Positions 12,351-25,025 are shown, numbered from the whole stretch's first letter. The stretch is DNA of 63,007 nucleotides, filler included, from Octopus bimaculoides (GCF_001194135.2; 6 parts of 6 records of this genome joined end to end with filler, not necessarily neighbours in it); one strand, 5' to 3'. The notes: generated from the letters alone by a model not told the origin. Translations and numbers: made by a program.

Positions 12351-12760
12351 AGGCGCAGGAGTGGCTGTGTGGTAAGTAGCATACTTACCAACCACATGGT
12401 TCTGGGTTCATTCCCAGTGCGTGGCACCTTGAGCAAGTGTCTTTAACTATAGCCTCGGGCAGACCAAAGCCTTGTGAGTGAATTTGGTAGACGGAAACTG
12501 AAAGAAGCCCATCGTGTATATATATATATATATAAGTGTGTGTGTGTGTATATGTTTGTGTGTCTGTGTTTGTCCCACCAACATCGCTTGACAACCGATG
12601 CTGGTGTGTTTACGTCCCTGTAACTTAGCGGTTCGGCCAATGAGGCCGATAGAATAAGTACTAGGCTTCCAAATAATAAGTCCTTGGGCTGATTTGCTCG
12701 ACTAAAGGCGGTGCTCCAGCATGGCCGCAGTCAAATGACTGAAACAAGTAAAAGACAAAG
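12351..12760 (+). mobile_element. SINE family A, full length
   Basis: GGCGCAGGAGTGGCTGTGTGGTAAG tRNA-like head, internal TA/TG microsatellite, tail ending ..atgactgaaacaagtaaaag. Many paralogues in the window. Confidence 0.9.
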
Positions 12761-12858
12761 AGATATGTAAATCCCCACACTTTATCTGTCTCTGTATTGT
12801 TTCCCTCATCCTTTGCCCTTGTGGCAAATAAATGAAATCCTTATTTATTATTATTATG

Positions 12859-13072
12859 AAGGCAGCGAGCTGGCAGAATCGTTAACACACCAGGCGAAAT
12901 GCTTAGTGGTATTTTGTATGTCTTTGTTCTGAGTTCAAATTCCTCCAAGGTCGACTTTGCCTTTCATCCTTTCGGGGTCAATAAATTAAGTACCACTGAA
13001 ACACTGGGGTTGATGTAATCGACTATACCCTTCTCCTGCCAAATTTCAGGCCTTGTGCCTATAGTAGAAAGG
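12859..13072 (+). mobile_element. SINE family B
   Basis: GGCAGCGAGCTGGCAGAATCGTTA head, gagttcaaattcc B-box, (ATT)n tail. Confidence 0.9.
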
Positions 13073-13108
<36 letters not shown>

Positions 13109-13110
<2 letters not shown>

Positions 13111-13314
13111 GACAGTGGACTGGCAGAATTGTTAGCACGCCAGGTGAAATGCTTAACGACATTTCATCTGTCTTTACATTCTGAATTCAAATTCGGCTGA
13201 GGTTGACTTTGCCTTTCATCGTTTTGGGGTCAATAAATTAAGTACCAGTTACACAATGGGGTCGATGTAATCAAGTAGGCCTCTTCCCCCAAATTTCAGG
13301 CCTTTAGTAGAAAG
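13109..13314 (+). mobile_element. SINE family B, tandem after the previous copy's (ATT)n tail
   Basis: Paralogous to 12859-13072. Confidence 0.85.
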
Positions 13315-13327
13315 CATTCTCTCTTTC

Positions 13328-13717
13328 CTCTTTTACTTGTTTCAGTCATTTGACTGCGGCCATGCTGGAGCACTGCCTTTAGTCGAACAAGTCAACCCCA
13401 GGACTTATTCTTTGTAAGCCTAGTACTTATTCTATCTGTCTCTTTTGCCGAACCGCTAAGTTACAGGGATGTAAACACACCAGCATCGGTTGTCAAGTGG
13501 TGTTGGGGAGGGGGGGACAAACACAGACACACAATCACGCACACATATATATACGACAGGCTTCTTTCAGTTTCCGTCCACCAAATTCACTCACAAGGCT
13601 TCAGTCGGGCTGAAGTTATAATAGAAGACACTTGCCCAAGGTGCCACGCAGTGGGACTGAACCCAGAACCATGTGGTTGGTAAGCAAGCTACTTACCACA
13701 CAGCCACTCCTGCGCCT
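13328..13717 (-). mobile_element. SINE family A, full length
   Basis: Reverse-complement match to 12351-12760. Confidence 0.9.
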
Positions 13718-13736
13718 ATCATTATTTTTATTATCA

Positions 13737-13798
<62 letters not shown>

Positions 13799-13985
13799 AA
13801 CCAATCAACCAGGTGGCTCAGGTGTCTCTTAAACTCTTTCTATAATTTTACCTCCTGTATCAATAAAGGTATTCTGGTCATGTGAAGTGCCATTTGTCAC
13901 ACAGTTGACTGTTTTTGTAGAATCAAGATGTTGAATTAAGAATTAAGATTAGCTTTGAAACTTTTTCAAATTATTGAACAGGTTA

Positions 13986-14135
13986 TGCTCTGTGGTAAAA
14001 TGTTTGCTTCCCAACCACATGGTTCTGGGTTCAGATCCACTGCATGGCACCTTGGGCAAGTGTCTTCTTTTATATCCCCAGACTAACAAAAGCTGTGTAT
14101 AAATTTAACACACGGAAACTGAAAGAAGCCCACTG
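13986..14135 (+). mobile_element. SINE family A head
   Basis: Similarity to the 12351 head. Confidence 0.8.
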
Positions 14136-14154
14136 TGTGTGTATTTTGTATATT

Positions 14155-14360
14155 CATCATCATTATCATCATTTAACATCCATTTTCCATGCTGGCATGA
14201 GTTGGATGGTTCGACAGGAGCTGGCAAGGCCAGGGACTGTACCAGGTCCCATGGTCTGTTTTTGTTTGATTTCTACAGTTGGATGCCCTTCCTAACGACC
14301 ACCACTTTACAGAGTGTACTTGGTATTTTATACGTGGCCCCAGCATGGGTGCTTTATCCA
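14155..14360 (-). mobile_element. Short retroelement with RTE-type (GAT)n tail
   Basis: catcatttaacatccattttccatgctggcatg...ggatgcccttcc motif recurs at 22660, 23100-23345, 30900, 39385 and 61380. Confidence 0.65.
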
Positions 14361-14792
14361 CATACACACACACACACACACACACCTACGTATATTTGTT
14401 TGGCCCCTACCACTGCTTCACAGGTTTTGTTTGTTTATTTCCCCTGTAACTTAGCCCTTCAACCAAAGAGATCAATAGAAGAAAGTTGGTTGATTTATTC
14501 GACCAAAAACCCTTCAAGATTTAAAAATCGAAAATAAACATCAGCTTTTTCAAATAAAGACTTTTCTATTGACTAAATTTGAATATTATAACTTTTCAAA
14601 CCCTGTTCTACCCCATTAACATTCAGATTATTTTCTCAAATCTAATGTTTATTTAATCATGTTGTTTTGAATAAATCCTGCATTATCTTGTAGCTTTGAG
14701 ATTTCAATGATGTAACTGTTTATTTTTAGATCATTGTAGGATTGGTGTGAACATAATAAGACAGGTAGAATATTTGGGCTGGATATGACCAG

Positions 14793-15015
14793 TTTCGTTA
14801 CCCTATTTTTGTTGAGATGCTCTGTGTTTCTTTCAATTAATTTTAAATATAATAAATATTTTATTAAAATAACTTGGTTATCATTAAGCTAATGTTAGGA
14901 ACATTAATTGTAACTAAGGTTTGATGGAAGATTTTAATTCAGAACTTTTGAAAACAAGACATTTGTACTACAAAGCCAGAGGCAGTTTCAGCCAGGTTGG
15001 GAACGAAAGGGTTAA
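14793..15015. mobile_element. piggyBac-like MITE lacking its left terminus
   Basis: Direct paralogue of 15039-15268; ends gggttaa. Confidence 0.75.
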
Positions 15016-15038
15016 GAATTGTTTCTCTATTGTATATT

Positions 15039-15268
15039 TTAACCCTTTTGTTACCCTATTTCTGTTGAGATGTTCTCTGCTTCTTTCAATTGATTTTAAA
15101 TATAACAAAGAATTTAGTAAAATAACTTGATTATCATTAAGCTAGTGTTAGGAACATAAATTGTGACTAAGGTTTGGTGGAAGATTTTAATTCAGAACTT
15201 ACAAAAACAAAGCATTTGTACTACAGAGCCAGAGGTAGTTTCAGGTGGGTTGGTATCAAAAGGGTTAA
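15039..15268. mobile_element. piggyBac-like MITE (TTAA TSD, CCC..GGG ends)
   Basis: TTAA-CCCTTTTGTTACC ... GGTATCAAAAGGG-TTAA, a 13-bp TIR with 1 mismatch. Confidence 0.85.
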
Positions 15269-15889
15269 ANNNNNNNNNNNNNNNNNNNNNNNNNNNNNNN
15301 NNNNNNNNNNNNNNNNNNNNNNNNNNNNNNNNNNNNNNNNNNNNNNNNNNNNNNNNNNNNNNNNNNNNNNNNNNNNNNNNNNNNNNNNNNNNNNNNNNNN
15401 NNNNNNNNNNNNNNNNNNNNNNNNNNNNNNNNNNNNNNNNNNNNNNNNNNNNNNNNNNNNNNNNNNNNNNNNNNNNNNNNNNNNNNNNNNNNNNNNNNNN
15501 NNNNNNNNNNNNNNNNNNNNNNNNNNATAGAAGAAATCTAAGAATTGAAACTTTTGAAATTGTTTTCAAATCTTTTAAGAAGTCATTAAAATAAGATTGT
15601 CTTCAGCTGTGAAGTTGAAATTTTCAGAAAATATCTCTCTCATAGAAATAAACTAATGGTAAGAATTTGTACAAAAAAAAAAAAACTTTGAGAACGTAGC
15701 CAATGGTTATACGTTGAATTTGACTGAAATCACCTGTGTGGGTGCGTGCGTGTGTATTTGTGTGTGTGTGTGTGTATTTGTGTATGCATGTATCTGTGTA
15801 TATGCATGCATGTATGTGTGTACATGTGTGTGTGCATATGTATATATATATATATATATATATATCATCAGCTTATAGTGGCCAGGTAG

Positions 15890-16110
15890 ATATATTTCAA
15901 CACACATTAGGTGGTGAACTGACAGAATGCTTAGTAGCATTTCATCTGTCCTTATGTTCTGAGATCAAGTGCTGCTGAGGTTGACTTTATATTTCATCCT
16001 CTTGGGGTCAACAAAATAAGTACCTGCTGAACACTAGGTCAAAGAAATCGACTTAAACCCCCACCCCTGCCCTGATATCGATGGCCTTGTGCCAGAGTTT
16101 TAAATCAATA
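15890..16110 (+). mobile_element. SINE family B, diverged
   Basis: atgcttagtagcatttc..tgctgaggttgacttt..aagtacc. Confidence 0.65.
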
Positions 16111-16201
16111 TTTAACATACATATAAATAATTAATATATGTAAATGAGACTAATTTATTCAAATATTTAACATGTAAAAATGTATCTAATATATGTAAAT
16201 A

Positions 16202-16236
16202 CTAGCTGTTAGACCTGGCGTTGCTCGTGTTTGTAA
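16202..16236 (-). mobile_element. Isolated Helitron 3' terminus
   Basis: ctagctgttagacctggcgttgctcgtg is homologous to the CTAG end at 35269. Confidence 0.5.
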
Positions 16237-16247
16237 ACATACTAACA

Positions 16248-16340
16248 TTGGTTGTCAAGCGGCAGTCGGGGGACAAACACAGACACACAAATACACACAC
16301 ACACATGTATAAATGTATATATATATATATATATATGGTG

Positions 16341-16378
<38 letters not shown>

Positions 16379-17048
16379 NNNNNNNNNNNNNNNNNNNNNN
16401 NNNNNNNNNNNNNNNNNNNNNNNNNNNNNNNNNNNNNNNNNNNNNNNNNNNNNNNNNNNNNNNNNNNNNNNNNNNNNNNNNNNNNNNNNNNNNNNNNNNN
16501 NNNNNNNNNNNNNNNNNNNNNNNNNNNNNNNNNNNNNNNNNNNNNNNNNNNNNNNNNNNNNNNNNNNNNNNNNNNNNNNNNNNNNNNNNNNNNNNNNNNN
16601 NNNNNNNNNNNNNNNNNNNNNNNNNNNNNNNNNNNNNNNNNNNNNNNNNNNNNAAGCAAGCTACTCACCACACAGCATGTATATTTATTTGTTTCAGTCC
16701 TTTGACTGTGGCCATGCTGGAGCACCACCTTTTGTCGAGCAAATCGACCCCGGGACTTATTGTTTGTAAGCCTAGTACTTATTCTATCAGTCTCTTTTGC
16801 CGAACTGCTAAGTGACGGGGACATAAACACACCAGCATCGGTTGTCAAGCAATGCTAGGGGGGACAAACACAAGCACACACATATATATATACATATATA
16901 CGACGGGCTTCTTTCAGTTTCCGTCTACCAAATCCACTCATAAGGCTTTGGTCGGCCTGAGGCTATAGTAGAAGACACTTCCCAAGATGCCACGCAGTGG
17001 GACTGAACCCAGAACCATGTGGTTGGTAAGCAAGCTACTTACCTGCGC
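16248..17048 (-). mobile_element. Two tandem SINE family A copies; the first is split by a gap
   Basis: A head ends at about 16678, and a full copy spans 16688-17048. Confidence 0.8.
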
Positions 17049-17117
17049 ATATATATAAACATTTATTATATACTGCAATTATTATTATTATTAATATTAT
17101 TACATCATGAAGGCTGC

Positions 17118-17165
<48 letters not shown>

Positions 17166-17171
17166 TACACA

Positions 17172-17320
17172 CAATGGGCTTCCTCCCAGTTTCTTCCTAC
17201 CAAGTTCACTCACAAGGCACTGGTCAGCCCAGGGCTAAATGTAGAAGATACTTGCCCAAAGCATCACACAGTGGGTCTGAACCCAAAGTGACACAGTTTC
17301 AAAGCAAGCTTCTTAATCAT
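17172..17320 (-). mobile_element. SINE family A head
   Basis: Diverged reverse-complement match. Confidence 0.7.
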
Positions 17321-17677
17321 CCAACCATAATGATGAGGCTCTTGATGACGACGACGACGATGATGTTGATGATGGTGCTAATTAATATTTGAGAATTTAC
17401 TTGAAGAGACAGGCTGCACAGAAACTACCAAAATTATCTATACTCCTGTAGGTGGTGTTAGTAGTAGTGTTGGTGGTGGTGATGTAGTAGTAGCAGTAAT
17501 AGTAATATTGTCCTTTACAAGTGTCCCTTTGTTTTATATAACTGCTAAATACCGTTGTCGCCCCCCCTCTCTTCTCCTCCTCCTTCTGACCCAATTCTGT
17601 CTGACCCTGTGCAGCCATGAAAAAGGGGATGTTAAATATGATGTGTGTTTATACTATTCTTTTCTTTTTTTTTTTAA

Positions 17678-17915
17678 CTTGTTTGTCATTTTGATTGTGG
17701 GGGCCATGCTGGAGCACCACCTTAAAAGGGCATTTTTAGTTGAAGAAATCGATTCCGGGACATATTCTTTGTAAGCCTAGTACTTATTCTATCAGTTGCT
17801 TTTTACTGCACCACTAAGTTACGGGGGACGTAAACACACCAACATCAGTTGTCGAGGGAACGGGGGCAACCACAGCCATTGTGAATGGATTTGGTAGGTG
17901 GAAACTAAAAGAAGC
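17678..17915. mobile_element. SINE family A fragments (minus-strand tail, short plus-strand piece)
   Basis: ccatgctggagcaccacc..aagcctagtacttattctatc; gtgaatggatttggtagg. Confidence 0.7.
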
Positions 17916-18082
17916 ACCAGGCTAGAACTTTGATAGATAGGGATAGACTGAGTACATATTGCAGAAAGGGACCCTAATCTAAAACCAACTTAGCAAATAA
18001 TAAAGGGCCATGTGTGTATCCACTGAAAGGGGAACTCTTAGAGTTTTTAATATGTACCTATCCCTTCTGAGAGAGGGTTTAT

Positions 18083-18306
18083 TCTTTTCTACCTTAGGCA
18101 TAAGGCCCCAAATTTTTGGGAGGTGGGGGCAGTCAATTAGATTGATTCCTGTATGCAATTGGTACTTGATTTATCAATCCCAAAAGGATGAGAGGCAAAA
18201 TCAACTTCAATGGAATTTTAACTCAGAATGTAAAGACAGACAAAATACTGCTAAGCATTTTGCCCAGCATGCTAACATTTCTGCCAGCTCACAACCTTCA
18301 ACCTTT
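18083..18306 (-). mobile_element. SINE family B
   Basis: Reverse-complement match to 12859. Confidence 0.8.
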
Positions 18307-18376
18307 TAAATATTCTTTTCTACTCTAGGCACAAGGCCTGGAATTTTGGAGGAGGGGGCCAGTCAATTGGATTGAC

Positions 18377-18944
18377 GGATCTTTTTTAAAACGGGGGCCA
18401 CATTTTTCATTAACGAAACACTTTGAAACTTGGAACACTGGTAGAATGTGTCATATAAAACATCTTTTTCTCTTAGTCTTCTTTAAAAAAAAAGAAATCC
18501 CTAAGTTATTCCATGTTAAAGTTGTCGTATTTCTGTTATTTCAACCAATCACTGACGTCCATTCAGCCGATATACATTAAGTGCCGACTACATAAACAAA
18601 CGATTCTGAAACAATTAACCCTAACCCTAACCCGAGGGTTAGGGTTAGGGTTAAAGCAAATTTAAAATGAAAAAAGCAAATAAAACGAAGGTATGGAGAT
18701 TAAATACGCTTTACATCGCTTAATCAGCCAAAGGAGTAAATATAAACAACTGAATACTTGTCAGTGATTGGTTGAAATTATCGAAATAAGACAATTTTTT
18801 ACATGAAATAAATTCGAATACAAAAATATTTTTCTGTTCTATAACACAAAATAGATAAGTATACGAAGTTTGAAAGTCTTTCGGTACCAAAAACACTACA
18901 TAAAACATTAATGAAAAATGTGGCCCCCGTTTTAAAATAGATCC
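18377..18944. mobile_element. Merlin-like (or MULE-like) MITE, 568 bp, 37-bp TIRs, 8-bp TSD
   Basis: TSD GGATTGAC at 18369-18376 and 18945-18952. TIRs GGATCTTTTTTAAAACGGGGGCCACATTTTTCATTAA (1 mismatch). Internal telomeric palindrome. Confidence 0.88.
18615..18654. repeat. Head-to-head telomere-type palindrome (TAACCC)3-GA-(GGGTTA)3
   Basis: ttaaccctaaccctaaccc ga gggttagggttagggttaa. Confidence 0.95.
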
Positions 18945-19063
18945 GGATTGACTCCAGTACACAACTGGTACTTAATTTGTTGACCTCGATGCAATTTGAA
19001 CTCAGAACATAAAGACAAACGAAATACCGCTTAGCATTTCACCCAGCATGCTAATGATTTTTA

Positions 19064-19280
19064 TTTCTTTATTGCCCACAAGGGGCTAAGCATAGAGGGA
19101 ACAAACAAGGACAGACAAATGGATTAAGTCGATTACATCGACCCCAGTGTGTAACTGGTACTTAATTTATCGACCCCGAAAGTCGACCTCGGCGGAATTT
19201 GAACTCAGAACGTAACGGCAGATGAAATACCGCTAAGCATTTCACCCGACATGCTAACGTTTCTGAGTGCTTGCTGCCTT
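19064..19280 (-). mobile_element. SINE family B, variant tail
   Basis: gtcgacctcggcggaatttgaactcagaacg..ctaagcatttc. Confidence 0.8.
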
Positions 19281-19324
19281 CGAGTGAGGGTTTATCAGTT
19301 TTATAAATAACTATGTTTGTCCAT

Positions 19325-19560
19325 CATTGTCTACATAACCAAGGACACCACATGGGAGAAGAAGATGGGTCACAGTGCATTTGGTGTGTCCAATCAGTCC
19401 GATGCATGCTTGGAAGGTTCGGCTGGGAATCAAGGCAGCAAGTTGCTTTCTAGACTTGCGCAGCCCACATTTTCTTTATGCACCTGCAATCCTGTTCTGT
19501 TTGTAGGAGGTGGCACCTCCAGTTGGTGCAGGTTTTCCAGGCAGGGTGGTCCTGTGCTTG
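19325..19560 (-). mobile_element. RTE (BovB-like) LINE 3' end, decayed
   Basis: Minus translation AQDHPAWKTC....FQACIGLIGHT resembles the RTE terminus (AQDR..WR.. FRARIGLISH). Confidence 0.55.
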
Positions 19561-19897
19561 CACCCCCCCCCCCCCGGTGNNNNNNNNNNNNNNNNGGTGT
19601 CGGAGGGGAGTAGAGGGTGCAGTGCACGGGGGGGGGGGTTATTAGTTTTAATAGGAAAAAGCCAGGTGGTGATGAGAGAGAGAGAGAGAGAGAGAGAGCA
19701 AGAGAGAAATAAGTTAGGGTGGTGGTGACCTTGCTGGTGATGGTAGAAATGATGGAGGGGATGGGGTGGGTGAAAGTACTTAAGATTAATGTGGAGGTGG
19801 TAGGGGGAATAGTTGTGACACTATCACCTTTGTATCTCCTTAAATCTATTGTTTGTGTGTGTGTAACTATATTTGTGTGTGTGAACAAAACTGTGTA

Positions 19898-19931
<34 letters not shown>

Positions 19932-21100
19932 CCTCTCACTTCCCAACAGACACCATCTTTGTCTTTTGCTAGGTCTTCCTAGCTATCCCCTTTCCCCCCT
20001 CTCTTTTCATCCTCTGTTCCTCTTCCTTTCACTCCTTTCTCCTTTCCCTCCTTTTTCTCTCTCTCTCTCTCTCACTCTTTCTGCTGATCTCAACAATTTT
20101 TTCTTCACCCTCTCAGTCAAGACCCATTTTCCACCTGTTCTCCTCCTCCTCCCACCCTCAATTTATCCTTTCATTTTTCCCCCCTCCGCCAACCCCTACC
20201 CATCCACCCACCAAATACCTGTCCTCTGTCACAGTTCAACAATAAATAACCCCCCCCCCCCNNNNNNNNNNNNNNNNNNNNNNNNNNNNNNNNNNNNNNN
20301 NNNNNNNNNNNNNNNNNNNNNNNNNNNNNNNNNNNNNNNNNNNNNNNNNNNNNNNNNNNNNNNNNNNNNNNNNNNNNNNNNNNNNNNNNNNNNNNNNNNN
20401 NNNNNNNNNNNNNNNNNNNNNNNNNNNNNNNNNNNNNNNNNNNNNNNNNNNTGTCACTCCCCCTCTCCCCACAATAATTGTCCTTTCAGTTGCTGTCACT
20501 CACTAACTCTACCTTCCTGCTTGTCTGCCTGTCTGTCAGCCTGCCTGCCTGCTTGTCTGTCTCTTTAGTCCCCTCCCCTCAACTCCCTATAGCTAGCAAT
20601 CTATATATTTCTCTCCTACTGCCTGTGTATATATAGTTGTGTGTGTATGTATACTTGAGTGTGTGTGTATAGTTTTGTGTGTGCGTGTGTGCATATGCTT
20701 TTCTGTGTGTGTGTGTGTGTGTATGTATACTTTTGTATGTATCTACTAGTGTATGTGTGTATACTTTGTGTGTATGAGTGTTGGTTGGAATAGATCCAGC
20801 GTGTGTATGTGTGTGTGCATGGGTGTATGTACCTATGTATGCATGTGTAGGACTGTCTACCTATATGAGCAGGTATTCACTTTCCTGCTCACCTGTGTCT
20901 CCATGTCTTCACATTGCCCCCACCTCCTGCAATAAGTAATGCAGTTTTTAATGTTTATATCCAACATAAACCTTGTCCTACGGTACAGTTGGACACTTTG
21001 ATGCTTCAAAAATAATGACCTTATTTCAGTTAAGATATGACCACATTTGGTGTGATAAAAGCGCCTCCCCACCACCACCACCAGTTATGTGTAACACATC

Positions 21101-21326
21101 TTAACCCTTCAGTTACCAACCAAGCTGAAACCACGTCTGGTTCTGTAGTACAAATGTCTTGTTTTCAGAAGTTCTGAATTGAAATCTTCCACCAAACCTT
21201 AGTCACAATTTATGTTCCTAACACTAGCTTAATGATAACAAAGTTGTTTTACTAAATTCTTTGTTATATTTAAAATTAAATGAAAGAAACAGAGAGCATC
21301 TCAAAATAAATGTAGTAATGAAAAGT
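21101..21326. mobile_element. piggyBac-like MITE, opposite orientation to 15039
   Basis: Starts TTAACCCTTCAGTTACC; reverse-complement paralogue of 15039-15268; right end eroded. Confidence 0.8.
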
Positions 21327-21577
21327 TCTTTGTGCGTTAGATCATGTCCTATTTAAATTTAAAGCAATGGAGCAGTACATTATGAAAAATGACAAAAGTA
21401 CATTCGATTCAGCAGGAAACATTATTGTATAATAATAATAATAATAATGTTTATAGGTGCAGGTGTGGCTGTGTGATNNNNNNNNNNNNNNNNNNNNNNN
21501 NNNNNNNNNNNNNNNNNNNNNTTAATTAATTAANNNNNNNNNNNNNNNNNNNNNNNNNNNNNNNNNNNNNNNNNNNN

Positions 21578-21632
<55 letters not shown>

Positions 21633-22654
21633 TATATATATATAGTGTAACATAGAAGTGTGTGGGAGAGAAGGAGGGGAAGATAGATGAAGAATAGGTG
21701 AGGAAAGGAGGAAAGATAGATGGTTGAGAAGATGGATGGACAGATAGATGAACAAATAGATAGAAGTAAGTTAAGGACTGAACCAGAGTGGCAATAATTA
21801 CAGACATTTTCTTGTATTCTCGGACAACACATATTTTAGCTAGATTGCCAAACAGTCATTCAGTAAGAAAAGTGAAATAACGAAATAACTATTCATGTCA
21901 CAATAGAAGAACTGAGATAAAGATAAACACCTGGTTTGAGAAGACAGGCAGACAGATAAAGAAAGACATACTCAAGTAAAATTGTCAGGTGAAAATGTTA
22001 CTTCATATAGACACATATTTCATTAGGAAGTAGACAGAAAATTAGAAAGGATATTGAGCCAAAAGACCACCTATACAAGAACACAAACCAATCCAAGTCA
22101 AAAACAATGGCAATGGAAACTTTTCCAGGAATTCCTTCTGCATGAAGAACATAGAATTAGGTTCAGGCTAATATAATTAATGTAGTGAGCTAAAATTAAT
22201 TTTTAATTAATTGAAATTATAACTATTTGTAGTAAGAGATAACATCCTTAGCTCACTACATTATGCTAACCTGCACTTAACATCAAGTTATAAATACCTA
22301 TTTAGAAAAGTATTTGCAAGAATGTCCTTTATTTTTTTCTAAAACAACCATTCAATTTAATTAATGACATATTGTCCAAACTAGCACAAACTGGAAACAC
22401 TCTACAATATAGCATTTTCTCAGATCTCATCTAAAAAAACCTGTCTAAAAACTGTTCTTACAATTAACTTTCTCATCATCCTTGATATTCTTATACTTTG
22501 ACAATCCTCAACTACCAATGTATCACATTTTTCTCCCAATATTCTTCACTGTACACAACAATTCTTGCTTTTTTTATATACATTTTTAGTCAATTTGTGT
22601 TTCACTTTTTTATTATATAACCAAAAGAAATCTTGGACCCTTACCCCTTGGAAT

Positions 22655-23013
22655 TCATCATCATTACTTAATGTCCCCTTTCCCATGCTGGCATGGGTTG
22701 TGCAGTTTGACAAGAATAAACAAGCCAAAGGGCTGCACCAGATTGTATGTCTGCTTTAGCATGGTTTCTACAGCTGGATGCCCTTCCTAATGCTGGTCAC
22801 TTAACAGTGTGTACCAAGTACTTAATATGTGGCACCAGCACTGGTAAGTTCACCAGGTACCTGCAAGATAAGACCCTTTGACTGAGTGGGGTATAAAATG
22901 GAAAGATAAGACAGCAGGTGTCTTGCTGAAGAGGTGAATACATGGCTTGCCCGTCTGGGAAGAGAGTGAGAGAGGAGAGAGAGGGGGGGGNNNNNNNNNN
23001 NNNNNNNNNNNNN

Positions 23014-23071
<58 letters not shown>

Positions 23072-23345
23072 TGTGAATTATTACTTTTAATTCTTTCAAT
23101 AAACATAAAAACACCCATGCCAGTGCCACTTGAAGAACCCATACTGGTTGACACCAGTAAAAACACCCATGCCAGTACCCATGTTGGAACCACATAAAAC
23201 CACCTACTACATATTGTAAAGTGGTTGACATTAGGAGGAGCATCCAGACAAATGGAGCTTGGGCAGCCATCAAGCTGGCCAGTACCTGTCAAACTGTCCA
23301 ACCCATGCCAGCATGGAGAACAGACATTACATGATGATGATGATG
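22655..23345. mobile_element. Two opposed RTE-tailed short retroelements around a GA microsatellite
   Basis: ccatgctggcatggg on the left, ccatgccagcatgg..(gat)n on the right. Confidence 0.6.
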
Positions 23346-23687
23346 ATAATGATACACTTACACCCACATATACACACACACAGATGCATTTACTTATGTG
23401 CGTGTGTGTGTGAGGTATTGTTGGGGTGACAGAATTAATTAAGTTTCCTCGTATTCTCATTACGTTGTTACTGACATCTAGATTTGGCAACAGGTTTAAA
23501 CATTAGACATAATATATAATAAGTAGTCATTGTTAAATAATACATCTCTTTATATAACATTCATTCCATTACAGTGTGGTTTTCACTAAAATATATAAAT
23601 AGCTCCTCACCTCACTTTTGAGACATTCGTAGATTTTTATATTAGAATAATTCTTTTGTTTGTTTTGTTTTTTATGTTTTTACACAG

Positions 23688-23712
23688 ATATGAAGCCTAA
23701 GATTGTTTCTTG
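23688..23712 (+). CDS. Candidate 25-nt micro-exon of an unidentified host gene (xMKPKIVSx)
   Basis: Long U-rich tract ending ACAG, exon ATATGAAGCCTAAGATTGTTTCTTG, donor GTGAGT. Only one frame is open. No homology recognised. Confidence 0.4.
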
Positions 23713-23807
23713 GTGAGTAATTAAAGATTTGACACCCCTCTCAGCACCTCAAAAATAATCATTTTTAACATAACCACATGTTTAATGAATGTGTACACTC
23801 AGTCAGT

Positions 23808-24100
23808 TACAATGACAAGGGTTCCAGTTGATTTGATCAACAGAAAAGCCTGCTCGTGAAATTAATAAGCAAATGGATGAGCACTCCATAGACACATGTA
23901 CCCTTGACGTAGTTCACGTGAGATTCAGCATGACACACAGTGTTACAAAGCTGGCCCTTTGAATTATAGGTACTACTCATTTTTTTTCCAGCTGACTGGA
24001 CTGGAGCAACATGAAAAAGTATTTTACTCAAGGACACAAGGTGTTGCCAGATATTGAACTACGACTGCGAGCCAAATACCCCAGCCACTTAGGCACATGC
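23808..24100 (-). mobile_element. SINE family C, diverged
   Basis: ggttccagttgatttgatc..gagcactccatagacacatgtaccc. Confidence 0.8.
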
Positions 24101-25025
24101 CTTTACATGAAAGTGTAAAGTTGATTAAATCAACCTCAGTACTTAATTGATATTTTATTTTATTAATAACAGATGGATGAAAAGCAAAGTTGGGTTCAGT
24201 ATGATTTGAACTCAGAACCTAAAGAGCTGTAAATAAATGCTGTGAGCATTGTTCTGCTGCCACCTCCAACAACAACATCTCTATATTTAAACTGGAAGTA
24301 TTTCAGAAGAACAAAATAGAAATTCAACATTTATGGCAGTAACATGTTCTTTTTATTATTGAAAATACAGATAAAACTAGTGTCTAAAAATAGGTGCTAA
24401 CTTTCCATAGAAATATATCTATAATTAAACAAAGTCAATATCATGGAGGAAAAAAACCATTTGTTACATTTTATTGTTTTAATTATAAAACAAAATTAAA
24501 ACTATATTTACTTCAAATATTTTTCGAAACTGAATACATTAAGATAGCTCTGTAAATTTTCATATATTGCCAATCAATTTTTCAAGCAATAATGTTCTAA
24601 GTGGATGCACAACCAATTATTTATTAACTATGAAATGGAAGTCATACTTATTTTTGTAGCTAAGGAATTAATAATAAATTGTATCCAAGAGCACAATGCA
24701 CTACTGTACAATATATGATATATATGATTGTTAATATAAAGATCACAATCCATGTACTTCTAATGAAACATAAAAGAAAAATGTTTTTATTCCAAGAGAA
24801 TATATCTACCTGTCTCTGCTTATCTATTGTCATTTTATAAGAAACAAAGTATTTCATTTACTTGCACTGCTGAGATTAACCAACCACTCCTATGAATTTA
24901 GAGAGATGGTAATGAGAACAGATGCCAGTATATTGTGCCATTATACAACACAAAAACGATTTCAGTGGAACTTTTCAGTATCCCTATAAATAAGACATTA
25001 CTATCCTTATTTATCTTTACACATT

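Larger units (their letters stand above)
18314..19058 (-). mobile_element. SINE family B interrupted by a MITE
   Basis: SINE sequence resumes across the insertion: ..agtcaattggattgac|tccagtacacaactggtac. Confidence 0.8.

Noticed and set aside
12351-13717. Regularly recurring similar sequences suggestive of CRISPR or tRNA clusters
   Set aside because: These are dispersed SINE copies of 200-400 bp in both orientations, with no repeat-spacer periodicity, cas genes or intact cloverleafs.
20893-20926. Possible 34-nt minus-strand exon (GCAG...CAG|GTGAGC)
   Set aside because: Short pyrimidine tract, opposite strand to the stronger candidates, and no recognisable peptide.
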